In this document: positions 10,950-23,732 of the stretch, piece by piece | How the letters are laid out: each line of letters begins with the position of its first letter | How positions within the stretch are numbered: the stretch's first letter is position 1 | Assembly: GCA_951406725.2 (NCBI GenBank) | Contig: OX597843.1 | Location: 15,004,001 to 15,068,000 of the forward strand | Reading direction: 5' to 3' | From: Octopus vulgaris | Taxonomy: Eukaryota | DNA length: 64,000 nt | Position numbers and translations under genes: made by a program | Notes under the pieces: generated by a model | Databases searched by the model: none | What the model was told of the DNA's origin: nothing | Seen by the model: the letters and a program-made list of their open reading frames with translations, nothing else

Positions 10950-13130
10950 TTGGTTCTTTATATTCTGAGTTCAAATTCTGCCGAGGCCCACTTTGCCTTT
11001 CATCCTTTCACATTCAATGAAATAAGTACCAGTTACATACTGGGGTCAATGTGACCAACAGCTCCCTCCTCACTGGACTTCCCCACCAAATTTCAGGCCT
11101 TGTGCCTATAGTAGAAGGAATTATTATTATGGCGGCAAGCAGGCAAAATCGTTAGAACACTGGTTGAAATGCTTCACTCCATTTCGTCCATCTTTATGTT
11201 CTGAGTTCAAATTCCATCGAGGTCGACTTTGCCTTTCATCCTTTCAGGGTCGATAAATTAAGTGCCAGTCAAGTGCTGGGGTCGATGTAATTTCAGGCCT
11301 TTTGCCTATAGGAGAGAGGATTATTATTATTATTATTGTTGTTAAGGCAGTTAGCTTGCTGGGCAAACTATTTAGGGCCATTTTTCATTCATCTTCACAT
11401 TCTGAGTTCAAATTCTACTGAGGTCGACTTTGCTCTTCATCCTTTTGGGGTTGACATAATCAACTAGTTCCCTCCCCCCAAATTTCAGGTCTTGTGTTTA
11501 TAGTAGAAAGGATTATTATTATTATTATTATTTATAATATGAGTGAGCAAGCAAGAGTCAACACGCCAAGCCAAATGCGAGTGGTGCTTCCTCCGTCTCT
11601 TGTACATTCTGAGTTCAAATTCCTCTGGGATTGATAAAATAATTATGTGATGAGTACTGGGGTTGATGTTATTGACTGACCCCCCCTCCCGATTTCCAGG
11701 CCTTGTGCCCATAGTAGGAAGAATTATTCTTCTAAAAGTGGCAAGTTGGCCGAGTCGTTAGCACGCCAGGCTGCCGTTCTTTGTGCTTTTATGTTCCAAG
11801 CTGGAATTGTCTCAAGGTTGACCTTGCCCCTTGTCCTCTCAGGATTGATAAAATAAAATGTCAACTGAGCATGTAGTGGGTGGGTGGTTGATGTAACTGT
11901 CTTATCCCGTGTTCCCTAAAATTGCTCATCTTGTGCTGAAATTTTTAAAATTATTATTACAGAAATAATGGCTATTTTAAGGTTCCCAAAAGTTGTGTCA
12001 AGGATGTGGTCCTGTTGTGGGGCCATCATCAAATACCCACCCCCTTAATGTGTGTCAGCCTTTCAATAAAGTTAGCAACAAAGTATTCCTGGACCCCTAT
12101 GAAATTGGGGCAGGGAAAAGCTGACAATAAATTGTGTGACAGGGAGACTCAAAATCTTTTGGCTATTGTTTTCTTTTTTTTTCTTTTTTTGTTACAGTTT
12201 CAAATCCCACTTGAGCTAAATTTATCTTTCAACCTTCCATGGGGCCAGTCAAATGGTGATGTAGGGTGGGAGTTGGTGGAATTCACGCTTTCTGCCCCTC
12301 CCCTCAAAATGTGTGGATTTGTGCCTATGACCGCAAGCTGAGTGAAATGCCTGGTAGTATTTCATCCATTCGAATGTTCTGAGTTCAAATCCAAGCCAAG
12401 GTTGACTCTGCCTTTCATCCTTTTGGGCTTGATAAAATTAAGAACCAGACTAACTCTGGGGTCAGTATAATCAACCTGGCTCCTGCCCCGAAATTGCTGG
12501 CCTTGTGCCAAAATTTGGATCATTATTATTAAGTATTTCACTCGTCGCTGTGTTCTGAGTTCAAATTCCGCTGAGGTCAACTTTGCCTTTCATCCTTTCA
12601 GGGTCGATAAAATAAGTACCAGTCACATACTGGGGTCAATGTAATCGACAAGTCCCCTCCACACCAAATTTTAGGCCTTGTGCCTTTAGTAGAAAGGATT
12701 ATTATTATTATTATTATTATTATTAAGGTGACGAGCTGGCAGAATCGTAAGCATGCCAGGCAAAATGCTTTGCGGAATTTCGTTCATCTTTACGTTCCGT
12801 TGTTGTTGTTGTTGTTGTTGTTATTCAAAATGACGATTTTATTAGGGCAGTGGTTGGCAGGGTCTGTAGTGAGGTGGGGGGAAATGCCTTGCACCAAAGA
12901 CTTCATGTTCAGAGTTGAAATCCCATCAGGTCAAGTTTGCTATTCTTTAATCCGGGGGTCATGATATGTATATATATATATGTGTGTGTATATGTATATA
13001 TATATATATATATGTGTGTGTATGTGTGTGTGTGTATATAATGCTTAGAGGTCGGTTGAATATCTTGCCTCTCCTCCACATTTCCCCTCCCCTCAAATTT
13101 CTGGCCTTGGGCCTATGTTAGACGATATTA
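10950..13130 (+). mobile_element. Chain of about 10 head-to-tail, older Meta-domain SINE copies separated by (ATT)n
   Basis: ttctgagttcaaat..gcctttcatcc..ggccttgtgcc..gattattatt recurs at about 10962, 11199, 11400, 11607, 12378 and 12552, plus more decayed copies. Confidence 0.8.
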
Positions 13131-13405
13131 CTGTTATTGTTATTTTTCAAATTATTATTGCCCTATTTTCATATACACATGCATATAATATTTATATATA
13201 TATATACATACACACACACACATATATATATATATCTATATATATATACACATATACATACATACATGTGGATGTATGTGTGTGTTGTGGATCTCCTTGT
13301 GGCTGATATTACGCATTTTGATTCCTTAAAATGTGAGTCAGATTTCCACAGAAGTAGCCTCTAATTACTTAATTATTTTGATAAATCAAAATAATTTAGA
13401 GTTAC

Positions 13406-13439
<34 letters not shown>

Positions 13440-14339
13440 TACATGTTATGTATACTCATATATATTTATACGTATGTACATTTGTGTATAATTACATGTG
13501 TCTGTATATGTGTATGGTATATATATATATATATGTGTGTATATGTATATATATTCAGCTGTTTCATACATCACTTGTACATACAAACACATACACACAT
13601 ATGCATGCACGTGTGTGTGTGTGTGTATATATGTATATGTGTGTGTGTGTGTGTGTGTATATATGTATATATAATTGGATTTTAGAAATATATTAAAATA
13701 TGCGTGTGTGGAATGTGTATGTGTGTGAGTGCAGTGTTGTTAACGTTAATAATTAATGTTGATTAACGATTATTGTTAACGATGATAATATATGTTTGTT
13801 ACAAGATGGTCTTGATGATAATGTTAATGATGTTAATAATGATGATGATGATGATAATAATGGTGATGATGATGATGATGATAAATAAATAATGATTTCT
13901 GATAATGTTAATTAATAATTATGATGATGATGATGATAAATTTTTCAGTTATATTAAATGGGAAAAAATAAATAAATATACTTTAAAAAAAAATAAAATT
14001 TTTAAAAAAATATGTACATGAAATAAAAAAAATTTACAGAAACTAAAATTATAATAATAATAATGATAATAATAATGATGATGATGATGATAATAATAAT
14101 TAAAAAAAATTGTATATCTCTATTTTTCTCTGGTATTGAATGGATGTTATCGACATATATACACAAGCAAAACACTAATATATACATACATGACATATAT
14201 ATATATACACAAGAAGAAGAAGGAGATTAAAAGACTCGAGACATTTTAATAAAAAATATTTGGTCAAAGAAATTCAATTTGAAAAAGTGAAAAATTGTTA
14301 GAAAAAAATGATAAATAAAATTTTAAAATAAACACATGG

Positions 14340-14682
14340 TTTTTTTATCTTTTGGTCATTGGACTGCGGCCATTCTGGAGTGCTGTCTTGAAGGGCTTTT
14401 ATTGAAATTGACTCTGCTCCTTTCTTTTCTTTTTAGGCTTGTACTTATTATATCAGTCTCTTTTACCAAACTGCTAAGTTACGGGGAATATAAACACACC
14501 AACACCAGTTATCAAGCAATCGTGGGGAATGCAGATATATGTGTATGTGTGGTGGGCTTCTTTTGAATCTACTGACAAGGCCCGAGACTCTAGGGGAAAA
14601 CACTTGCCCAAGGTGCCATGGAGTGGGATTGAACCCAGAACCCTGCAGTTTGGAAGCAAACTTCTTACCACACAATCATGCC
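14340..14682 (-). mobile_element. Older CORE-type SINE
   Basis: Diverged copy of the 8628 family. Confidence 0.75.
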
Positions 14683-15073
14683 TGGTTTATTTATGTATCT
14701 TTTATGTTTTTACCTGTTTTGGTCATTGAAGTGTGGTCATACTGGGGCACAACCATGAGGGTGTTGTTTTAGTTGAGCCTATCACCTTGTGACTTGACCA
14801 ACAGTCCAAGCCTCCAGCCGATACAAAATCAGCAATCTACAACATCACTATATTGCATACTGTGCAACGTCTTCAATAATAATAATAATAATATAGAGGG
14901 TAACGCCCCCTCAAAAACAAAATTGACATCATTTGAAATGTGAATATCTGAGTAAATACGTGTCCAAGGCAAACAGAATTAAAAAGGTTTCATGTTGGAT
15001 GATAAAATTAATTAAAATTCAAACAAGGGATTCAAAGGGATTTTATAGATTTTGTAACCGATTCCACAAAGCT

Positions 15074-15482
15074 TAGTTAAGTTAATTTTTTGGCTCAAAA
15101 AGCAAGGCCATGTAGGGGGACATGGAGTTATGTACAGGGTGGTGTTCATGCAAAGAGTTCAGGCCATTTGTGGTCAAGGGAGACTTTGAACCGAGCGGTC
15201 GTCGGCATCTTCACTATCTCGTCCGGCAGCTTATTCCACGGATCCGCAACCCGGATGGAGAAAGCCCCTCTCCTTCGACTGAGATGAAATCGTCGCAGAT
15301 AGAGCTTTTCAGAGTGACCCCACAGCCGACGCTCTGGAGCAGGAGTGAAGAACAGCTCTTTCGAGAGGTTACACTTTCTGCTTATGATGTTGTGAGCAAG
15401 AATGAGATCACCACGACGTCAGCGTTTTTCTAGAGAATAAAGGTCGAGCGTCTTCAGCCTTTCCTCATAAGACAAATGCTCA
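15074..15482 (-). mobile_element. CR1-clade LINE 3' fragment with (TAACT)n tail
   Basis: Minus-strand translation HLSYEERLKTLDLYSLEK..RGDLI..LRGHSEKL..AFSIRVADPWNKLP..FKVSLD is typical of the CR1 ORF2 end. Confidence 0.85.
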
Positions 15483-15882
15483 GTGTCCAATTTGTGCATC
15501 ACCTGTGACATGACACATGTCAAGTCAGTTGTCCAGCTCCTGCCTAACATGCTGTAGCCTGTTTTGCGTAACATTCTCCAGTGATTCTAGAGTTCCTCTA
15601 GGCTTGCAGGAAGAGCAGAGATATAGACCGATCCTTTCGCGTGGCCCCATAGAAAAAAATCACAAGGTCTCAAGTCAGGTGAACGTGGTGGCCATTTCAA
15701 CAGTACATTGTCGTTACCACTGACATGCCTGATCCAAACTTGGTTTTTACACATTTCGTTATAATTTTAAATCATTTGAGCAAGAATTGCCTATGTCATT
15801 TGACTTTGAAATGATGTCAGTTTTTGCGGGGTGGACCCTGTGTGCGTGTATGTATGTATGTGTATATATATATATATATATA

Positions 15883-16081
15883 GTGACTGGCCCCCGTGCA
15901 GGTGGCACATAAAAAGCATCCACTACACTCTCAGAGTGGTTGGCATTAGGAAGGGCATCCAGCTGTAGAAACTCTGCCGGATCAAGACTGGAGCCTGGTG
16001 CAGCCATCTGATTGCCAGCCCTCAGTCAAAACCATCCAACCCATGCTAGCATGGAAAGCAGTTGTTAAACGATGATGATGA
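15883..16081 (+). mobile_element. RTE-tail element (short copy) ending in (GAT)n
   Basis: ggtggcacataaaaagca..ggaagggcatccagctgtagaaac..ccaacccatgctagcatgg is shared with the RTE 3' UTR at 19410-19610. Confidence 0.8.
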
Positions 16082-16084
16082 TAT

Positions 16085-17220
16085 ATGAGTGATAATCAGT
16101 AGGAGAGATATCAGGGGAATTGGGGGGGGGGGGGTTGCAGAATCTCATAATTCAGGCTTTGCAACTTTTGGACCATAGTTTGAGGAGTGTGAGTACGTGC
16201 ATTGTTGTGGAGCAAAATGGGACCATCTCTATTCACTAGTCGGGGCTGCTTCTTTTTCAAATTCTCTTGCATACAATCAATTTCCTGGCAATACGATGTT
16301 GCGGTTACCATTTTTTCTTGTTGCAAAAATGAATAATTCACTTTGCAGACCACCATACAGTGACCACTAACTTTTTAGGGTGCAATGGTGGGTTGGGGCA
16401 GTGTTTAGGTGACTCTCCTGTTTCTAATCACTGTCCTGTTCTCCTGCTGTCATCAAAGAATATCCATTTCTCATCACAAGTAATAATTTTTTGATGCAGA
16501 AATGGTCTTTTTCCAGTTGAGGAAGCAATAAGGAACACACTACGAGGCGTCTGTTTTTTAATTTCATTCAGTTCGTGTGGAACAAACCTATCTGTTTTCT
16601 TGACTCTTCCAATTTTTTACAGGTGTCCAAAAACAGTTGTGCGAGATGTTTGGAGTTCTGATGAAGGTTTTCGAAACTTTGTTCTGGGATTTTGTTCAAC
16701 CAAAGCATTCAATCCTATTTCTTTACTACCCACAAGGGGCTAAACACAGAGAAGACAAACAAGGACAGACAAACTGATTAAGTCGATTATATCGACTCCA
16801 TTGTGTAACTGGTACTTTATTTATCGACCCCGAAAGGATGAATGGTAAAGTTGACCTCGGAATCTGAACTCAGAACATAACGGCAGACGAAATACTGCTA
16901 AGCATTTCGCCCAGCATGCTAATGTTTCTGCCAGCTCGCCACCAAAACATTCAATCCATCATACCAAATAACTGATTTTGGCCTACCCCTTGGTTCATTT
17001 TCAAGGCTATCATCTCCCGAACAAGAGCTTTGGAACTATCTCTGAACAATTCTGATGTCAACAAAACCATTACCAAAGGCCCGCTTGATATTCCATGGAG
17101 CGCCTGCGGTAGACTGACCCAGTTTGTACTCATATAAGAAAATCACTCAACATAGTTTGGTTGTTATCATTTTCATAAGGTCTGTGGGCATGAATTTTGT
17201 GTACCAATATTATTGGGAAG
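16085..17220 (-). mobile_element. Decayed mariner transposase, interrupted by a Meta-SINE (16715-16942)
   Basis: ORF 16111-16356 reads YCQEID..KKQPRLVNRDGPILLHNNARTH..YEILQPPP, the mariner DD34D region. N-terminal HTH remnant (YEYKLG..SLENEPRGRP) at about 16980-17140. Confidence 0.85.
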
Positions 17221-17309
17221 TTTTTAAATGACTAAAATAACAAGTAATTAAAAATGAGACATTTCGTGTGAATGGTACTTAAAATATCGACCCCGAAAGT
17301 TGACCTTTG

Positions 17310-17341
<32 letters not shown>

Positions 17342-17651
17342 AATAATGATGATAATAATAATAATAATAATAAAAATAATAATAATAATAAAAATAATAA
17401 TAATAATAACAAATCCTCTAAAACTTTGACTTCTAGACAGACAAGGTGTTAGAGCATCAAAGGCCGGATATAGTAACCTTTGTGTGTGTGTGTGTGTAGA
17501 ATGTTAGCTGTAGTGTACAGAAATTGAATATTGAGAAAAAAGGTTGTCAGAATTTTGGCAAAAAGTCTTTTTATTTCTTCGTTATTACTAGCGCTTTCAT
17601 TAGTTTCACAAACTTGTTTAATAAAATTTTGTGAATGTACAAACAGATTAC

Positions 17652-19786
17652 TCTTACTCTTTACTCTTTTACTTGTTTCAGTCATTTGACTGCGGCCATG
17701 CTGGAGCACCGCCTTTATTCTTTTGTAAGCCGGGACTTATTCTTTTGTAAGCCCAGTACTTATTCTATCGATCTCTTTTGCTGAACCGCTAAGTGACGGG
17801 GACGTAAACACACCAGCATCGGTTGTCAAGCAATGCTAGGGGGACGAGGGTCATAGCCCAACTAATTAGAGAGAGAGTTAGTTTAGATGAGATGCAGTTT
17901 GGGTTCGTGCCAGGGAAAAGTACCACTGATGCTATATTCCTGGTAAGGCAGCTGCAGGAGAAATACCTAGTCAAAGATAAGCCCCTGTACCTGGCTTTCG
18001 TTGACATGGAGAAATCCTTTGATAGGGTCCCCCGATCCCTTATCTGGTGGTCAATGAGGAAACTAGGGATAGATGAATGGCTGGTGAGGGCTGTGCAAGC
18101 CATGTACAGAGATGCCGTAAGTAAGGTTAGGGTTGGCAACATGTACACAGAAGAATTCAAAGTAGAGGTTGGGGTCCACCAGGGTTCAGTACTCAGCCCC
18201 CTCCTATTTATCATAGTCCTCCAGGCAATTACAGAGGAATTCAAGACAGGTTGCCCCTGGAAGCTCCTCTATGCTGACGACCTTGCTCTAATTGCTGAGT
18301 CACTATCAGAACTGGAGGAGAAGTTCCAGGTGTGGAAGGAGGGTTTAGAATCGAGGGGCCTTAGAGTCAACCTAGCTAAAACCAAAGTACTAATAAGTTG
18401 GAAGGTAGACAATCCACAAATGTCTTCAGGAAGATGGCCCTGCTCAATCTGTAGAAAAGGTGTAGGTAGAAACTCTATAAGATGTACCCAGTGTAAGCTA
18501 TGGACACATAAGAGGTGCAGCAATGTCAAAGGTAGGCTAACTGGGAAGATAGTTTTTGTATGTGGCAGATGCTCGGGAGCATTAACCTCCGAAAATCTGC
18601 AGAAAACAACTTCCGTCATTTTCCAGGGGAAAAAACTAGAAGTAGTTGATAGCTTCCGTTATCTAGGTGACCAAGTCAGTAGTGGGGGTGGGTGCGCTGA
18701 AAGTGTAACTGCTAGAATAAGAATAGCCTGGGCAAAGTTTAGGGAGCTCTTACCTCTGCTGGTGACTAAAGGCCTCTCGCTCAGAGTAAAAGGCAGACTG
18801 TATGATGCATGTGTATGAACAGCCATGCTACATGGCAGTGAAACATGGGCCGTGACTGCTGAGGACATGCGTAAGCCCGTGAGGAATGAAGCCAGTATGC
18901 TCCGTTGGATGTGTAATGTCAGTGTACATACTCGACAGAACGTTAGTACCTTGAGAGAAATGTTGTACCTAAGAAGCATCAGTTGTGGTGTGCAAGAGAG
19001 ACGATTGCGCTGGTATGGTCATGTGGCGAGAATGGATGAAGATAGGTGTGTGAAAAAGTGCCAATCCCTAGCAGTTGAGGGAACCCGTGGAAGAAGTAGA
19101 CCCAGGAAAATCTGGGATGAGGTGGTGACCGAGACCTTTGGAAATATGCTGTACGTGAGAAGACCAGGCAGGACAAGTGAGCCCAGCCCACTTATGCATG
19201 CCTTTCCTCCCTTGGACACAAAAACCTGTTGAGGCAAGCGAAGTCGATATAGAACCTCATCCGATGACAGACACCCATGCCAACCCCCTTTGCTTGCGAA
19301 GACATGTTGGGGCAAGCGAAATCAAAATCGAATTGAACCAGCCAGGACCCCTGGTCTGGTGGTACGTAAAATACACCAATCCGACTGTGGCCGTTGCCAG
19401 CCTCGCCTGGCACCTGTGCAGGTGGCACGTAAAAAGCACCCACTACACTCACAGAGTGGTTGGTGTTAGGAAGGGCATCCAGCTGTAGAAACATTGCCAG
19501 ATAAGACTGGAGTCTGGTGCAGCCTTCTGGCTTCCCAGATCCCCGGTCGAACCGTCCAACCTATGCTAGCATGGAGAACAGACGTTAAATGATGATGATG
19601 ATGATGATGATATATATACATATATATGACAGGCTTCTTTCAGTTTCCGTCTACCAAATCCACTCACAAGGCTTTGGTTGGCCCGAGGCTATAGCAGAAG
19701 ACACTTGCCCAAGGTGCCACACAGTGGGACTGAACCCGGAACCATGTGGTTGGTAAGCAAGCTACTTACCACTCAGCCACTCCTAT
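17652..19786 (-). mobile_element. CORE-type SINE split by an RTE insertion (tail 17652-17845, head 19612-19786)
   Basis: The two halves of the 8628 family flank the RTE copy at the position of the internal microsatellite. Confidence 0.8.
17846..19610 (+). mobile_element. 5'-truncated RTE-clade LINE (RT pseudogene and 3' UTR)
   Basis: Motifs QFGF..STTDAIF, FVDMEKSFDRVPR, GVHQGSVLSPLLF, LLYADDL, FRYLG, LHGSETW and RRLRWYGHVARM. Premature TGA at 18816; (GAT)n tail. Confidence 0.95.
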
Positions 19787-20454
19787 TGTTCATGTATATA
19801 AAACATTTTTTGCCGGGGGGGGGGGGTAGAAGAGAACATCGTTTTGTTTTTTTTTTGGTCGAGGCTCTATGACAATGGAGATAGATAGAAATATAGGTAG
19901 GTAGATAGATGGATAGATAGAGAGGGGGAGAGAGAGAAGGGGATCCCCCTCCCTATTCACCATTCATTTATTTATTTAGTCATTTACCACTGTATTGGAA
20001 TGGGTTTAAGGACAAATATTTAGATGTATATATAGACACAATTTCAAAGTTTCCCCTAAATACCCTCAGTTTTATACAAATGAACAAGTTGTTTGTACAT
20101 TCAGAAAATTCAATTTGACAAGTTCTAGAAACAAACGAAAACACTAATAATAATGAAAAAAGAAAACAATTTTTTTCCAAAATTCTGACGACTTCTTTTT
20201 TTGTTTTTTTTTTATTATTTATTATTATACATACATACATAATAATAATAATAATTAGGTGTAAGCACAAACAAAATAAAAAACAAAGACAAATTACACG
20301 AATGTATATAAACAGGAGATACAAATATTACAGGCACTTCCCCCCACCCCACACTAACTAAACATAGACACACATAGATATATATACGCATGCGCAAATG
20401 AAGACACATACAATTGAAATACAAAATACAAAATGGTAAGGAGAGACACACAAA

Positions 20455-20905
20455 TAAGAAAGAAGGAAGCAAAGGACCACTGATGCGGTCACAGGAGTGT
20501 GACGAAAGAACTCTGGCCGAAATAAGATTAAGATTAATGTAAAAAATAAATAACACTGAAGCAAAGTAACACCAAATATATAGTGCGTGTGTTTTTATTG
20601 GCTAAATTGGCAAAATGACCATTCCTAAATACAACAAAAACTTAGACACATATTTGTACATTAATCTTAATCTTATTTCGGCCAGAGTTCTTTTGTCACA
20701 CTCCTGTGACCGCATCAGAAATAAGAAAGAAGAAAGCAAAGGACCACTGATGAGGCCACAGGAGTGTGACGAAAGAACTCTGGCTGAAATAAGATTAAGA
20801 TTAATGTAAAAAATAAATAACACTGAAGCAAAGTAACACCAAATATATAGTGCGTGTGTTTTTATTGGCTAAATTGGCAAAATGAGCATTCCGAAATACA
20901 ACAAT
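20455..20905. repeat. Direct duplication (267-bp period) with an intervening inverted copy; Penelope pLTR-like
   Basis: 20455-20636 is repeated at 20720-20903. 20657-20718 is the reverse complement of 20480-20541. Confidence 0.85.
20741..20785 (+). ncRNA. Degenerate minimal type-I hammerhead ribozyme motif (sister copies 20474-20518 + and 20680-20718 -)
   Basis: ggacca-CTGATGA-g-gccaca ggag tgtgac-GAAA-gaac-TC-tggc; stem II is a perfect gtcaca/tgtgac in the sister copy. Confidence 0.5.
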
Positions 20906-21405
20906 ATATGTTTCAACATCTTGTTTTGCAAGATTTTTGATGTGAAATCATGTGTTAAAACAGATGTTGTTGTATTTAGGAATGTTGTATATACACACTT
21001 CATTAATAGACATCACAAAAACTGCTACTCAGAGTTTCCCGATGAACAGGAACATGAAAATGTGAGTAAGAGTTTTTTTTGTGATGTCTTTGCAGCTTTA
21101 TTAATACAGCATATTACTCTACCTCTGGTATTTGAGTACTATTTTACCACCTTGCTTCACATTTATGTGCTTACTCTCATATATATATAATCAAAATGAG
21201 CAACAGGATATCAAGAAGTGATGCAGTACGACCATTTCCAATTTAATGTTGGCTATTTAAAGACTCAGCTGCATAAATAAATAAATGGAATTTTAATCAG
21301 TTGGACTCATTAATATAATTTTACTCAAATACTCTAATAGAGCAAGAAAATAGGAAAAAATCCATGTTGCTACTAATGTACCTTAGAATATATATATATA
21401 TATAG

Positions 21406-21647
21406 TTAAAGTGCTAAAAAACCATTATGTGGTCAGCCATATGCTAGAAGTAGATCACCTGTGATCAAACTACAAAGTTTCCTGCGATTAATTCTTGTTT
21501 TTTATATAATTTTCATCTGTCTTGCCCGCATATTGTTCTGGTGCTGCTGAATTTTCCTCTAGAGAACATTCTTTTCTTTGTAGTTTGATCGCAGGTGATC
21601 TACTTCTAGCATATGGCTGACCACATAGTGGTTTTTTAGCCCTTTAA
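21406..21647. repeat. Inverted repeat, 72-bp arms, flanked by TA-rich sequence
   Basis: 21406-21477 is the reverse complement of 21576-21647, with about 3 mismatches. Confidence 0.9.
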
Positions 21648-21960
21648 ATATACACATGTATTAGAATTTTCTCTGATTTTTCAGATTTTTGTATGCTAGG
21701 CTACTGGTTTTAAATTGATATTAATTAAGTTAATATTCAATTTATCTCCCTCATTATTTAAATGTTCATATATATATATATATATATATATAAGTAAATA
21801 ATGGTACAACGAAGTACCGATATTTACTGGAAAATACGACGCTGTTGTATAGCTTCACTGTGTATATACTAGCAAAGACGTGTCTGTGCAACAAACGTGA
21901 AAAAAATTTGTCTTACCTCTAGGAAGAACATCTGAAAAATGAAAAACCTAGAAACAGATA

Positions 21961-22031
21961 ATGCAGGACCGGTTTCAGACTCTTCAAATACGTTTGACAA
22001 TGTAGATTTGATTTGTCCTCATCAGCTGCAT
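21961..22031 (-). ncRNA. Type-I hammerhead ribozyme with intact core
   Basis: Minus strand reads AUGCAG-CUGAUGA-GGAC..GUCU-GAAA-CCGG-UC-CUGCAU: perfect 6-bp stem I, stem II, palindromic ACCGGU stem III, GUC cleavage triplet. Confidence 0.8.
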
Positions 22032-22409
22032 ATACCTAGACAAAATTTCAAATGTTGTCACATCTATGCCAGTACACACACACACACACTAATAACAAAT
22101 GAAGTGATGTATGTCTATTGGTTGTTATTTTATTTCTTCATGACACACCCCACTGAAATCCCGACCCATCAGATATTCTGGAGTATACCAAATAGCATAT
22201 AACCAATACACTTTTAGATTACTCTGTTGGCTATTAAAAGACTCACAAGATTCAAATTCTCTGTATAGATAACCTGAACATTTCGCTGGATGTACTTCGG
22301 TAGCCTTGGTACTTGTTTGACTAAAGACTAAAGGTAGTGTTCATGAGTCATTTCAACTCATCCTGGAGCCTATCCTTCAAGTACCCGTTTTCTTTGAATC
22401 TTTAATATA

Positions 22410-22620
22410 GCATATATACATATGTGTGTGTGTATGTGTGTGTATGTATGTGTGTGTGTATGTATGTATGTTTGTGTGTGTGTGTATGTATGTGTGTATG
22501 TTGTATGTATGTGAGTATGTATGTATGTATGCGTGTGTGTATGTATGTTGTATGTATGTATGCATGTATGTATGTATGTGTGTATGTATGTATGTATATA
22601 CACACATACACTTGCACACA
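22410..22620. repeat. (TATG/TG)n microsatellite
   Basis: Directly visible. Confidence 0.9.
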
Positions 22621-23126
22621 TGTACAAATACATAGAGAAGAATGTCTATTTTGTATATATGGATCCATACACAAAACACTGAAGCCCAAAAAACCACACA
22701 ACTTCATGTTAGAGATAACATCGATATGGCAGAGCAATTAAAACTTCTGCAAAATAAATTTCTGGCTGTAATATGGAAATCTCCAGGATTAGGGTTTACG
22801 TGTGGATATATTTATATTATTGTATATATGTGTGTGTGTGTGTATGTACACCTAGGTTTGTGTGTGTGTGTGTGTGTACATATATATGTATATATATATA
22901 ATCAATAATAAAAGGGTAAAATTAATTAATTATTAATTAATTTTACCAAGTAGTGTTCAGTATGTAAAAAGACCATTTACGGTATATTTAAAACATTACG
23001 TTACGTAACGTAATGTATATATGTATATATACATATATATGTACACATTCAAAATGTGACTGCATGTGTACTGTTGGCGATTTTTTTTCCCCTCTGTCTT
23101 CCCTTCTCTGGATCTTTCCTTCTCCT

Positions 23127-23165
23127 ATGTTTCCAACAAAGAGCTCCACTCGAAACGTTAAACGT
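23127..23165 (+). ncRNA. Decayed minimal hammerhead motif in a Penelope-like remnant (22900-23260)
   Basis: atgttt-CCAACAAA-gag ctcca ctc-GAAA-CG-TT-aaacgt. Stems are intact and the core is mutated; same architecture as 32954. Confidence 0.4.
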
Positions 23166-23344
23166 CTTTCCTTCCTTCCTGAGCATCCAATAATACTATT
23201 TTTGTTCCACGTCCTCACGTTGTTGTGTTTTTTTGTGCTTTCATGTTTGGATTAACTAACTATATATATATATATATAATATGGGGGAATATTATTCCAA
23301 ACTTACAGGGAAAAATTCAATTTAGAAATATTATATATATATAT

Positions 23345-23412
23345 ATAGCCCCGGGTCGACCAATGCCTTGTGAGTGGATTTGGTAGATGGAAACTGAAGG
23401 AAACCTGTTGTA

Positions 23413-23465
<53 letters not shown>

Positions 23466-23682
23466 TTGTGTTCGTGCGTCTGTGTTTGTCCCCCTAGCAT
23501 TGCTTGACAACCAATGCTGGTGTGTTTACGTCCCCGTGACTTAGTGGTTCGGCAAAAGATACTGATAGAATAAGTACTGGGCTTACAAAAAGAATAAGTC
23601 CCGGGGTTGATTTGCTCGACTAAAAGGCGGTGCTCCAGCATGGCCACAGTCAAATGACTGAAACAAGTAAAAGAGTAAAGAG

Positions 23683-23732
<50 letters not shown>

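Noticed and set aside
16655-16690. CTGATGA..GAAA hammerhead-like string
   Set aside because: It lies within mariner coding sequence and has no convincing stems I and III.
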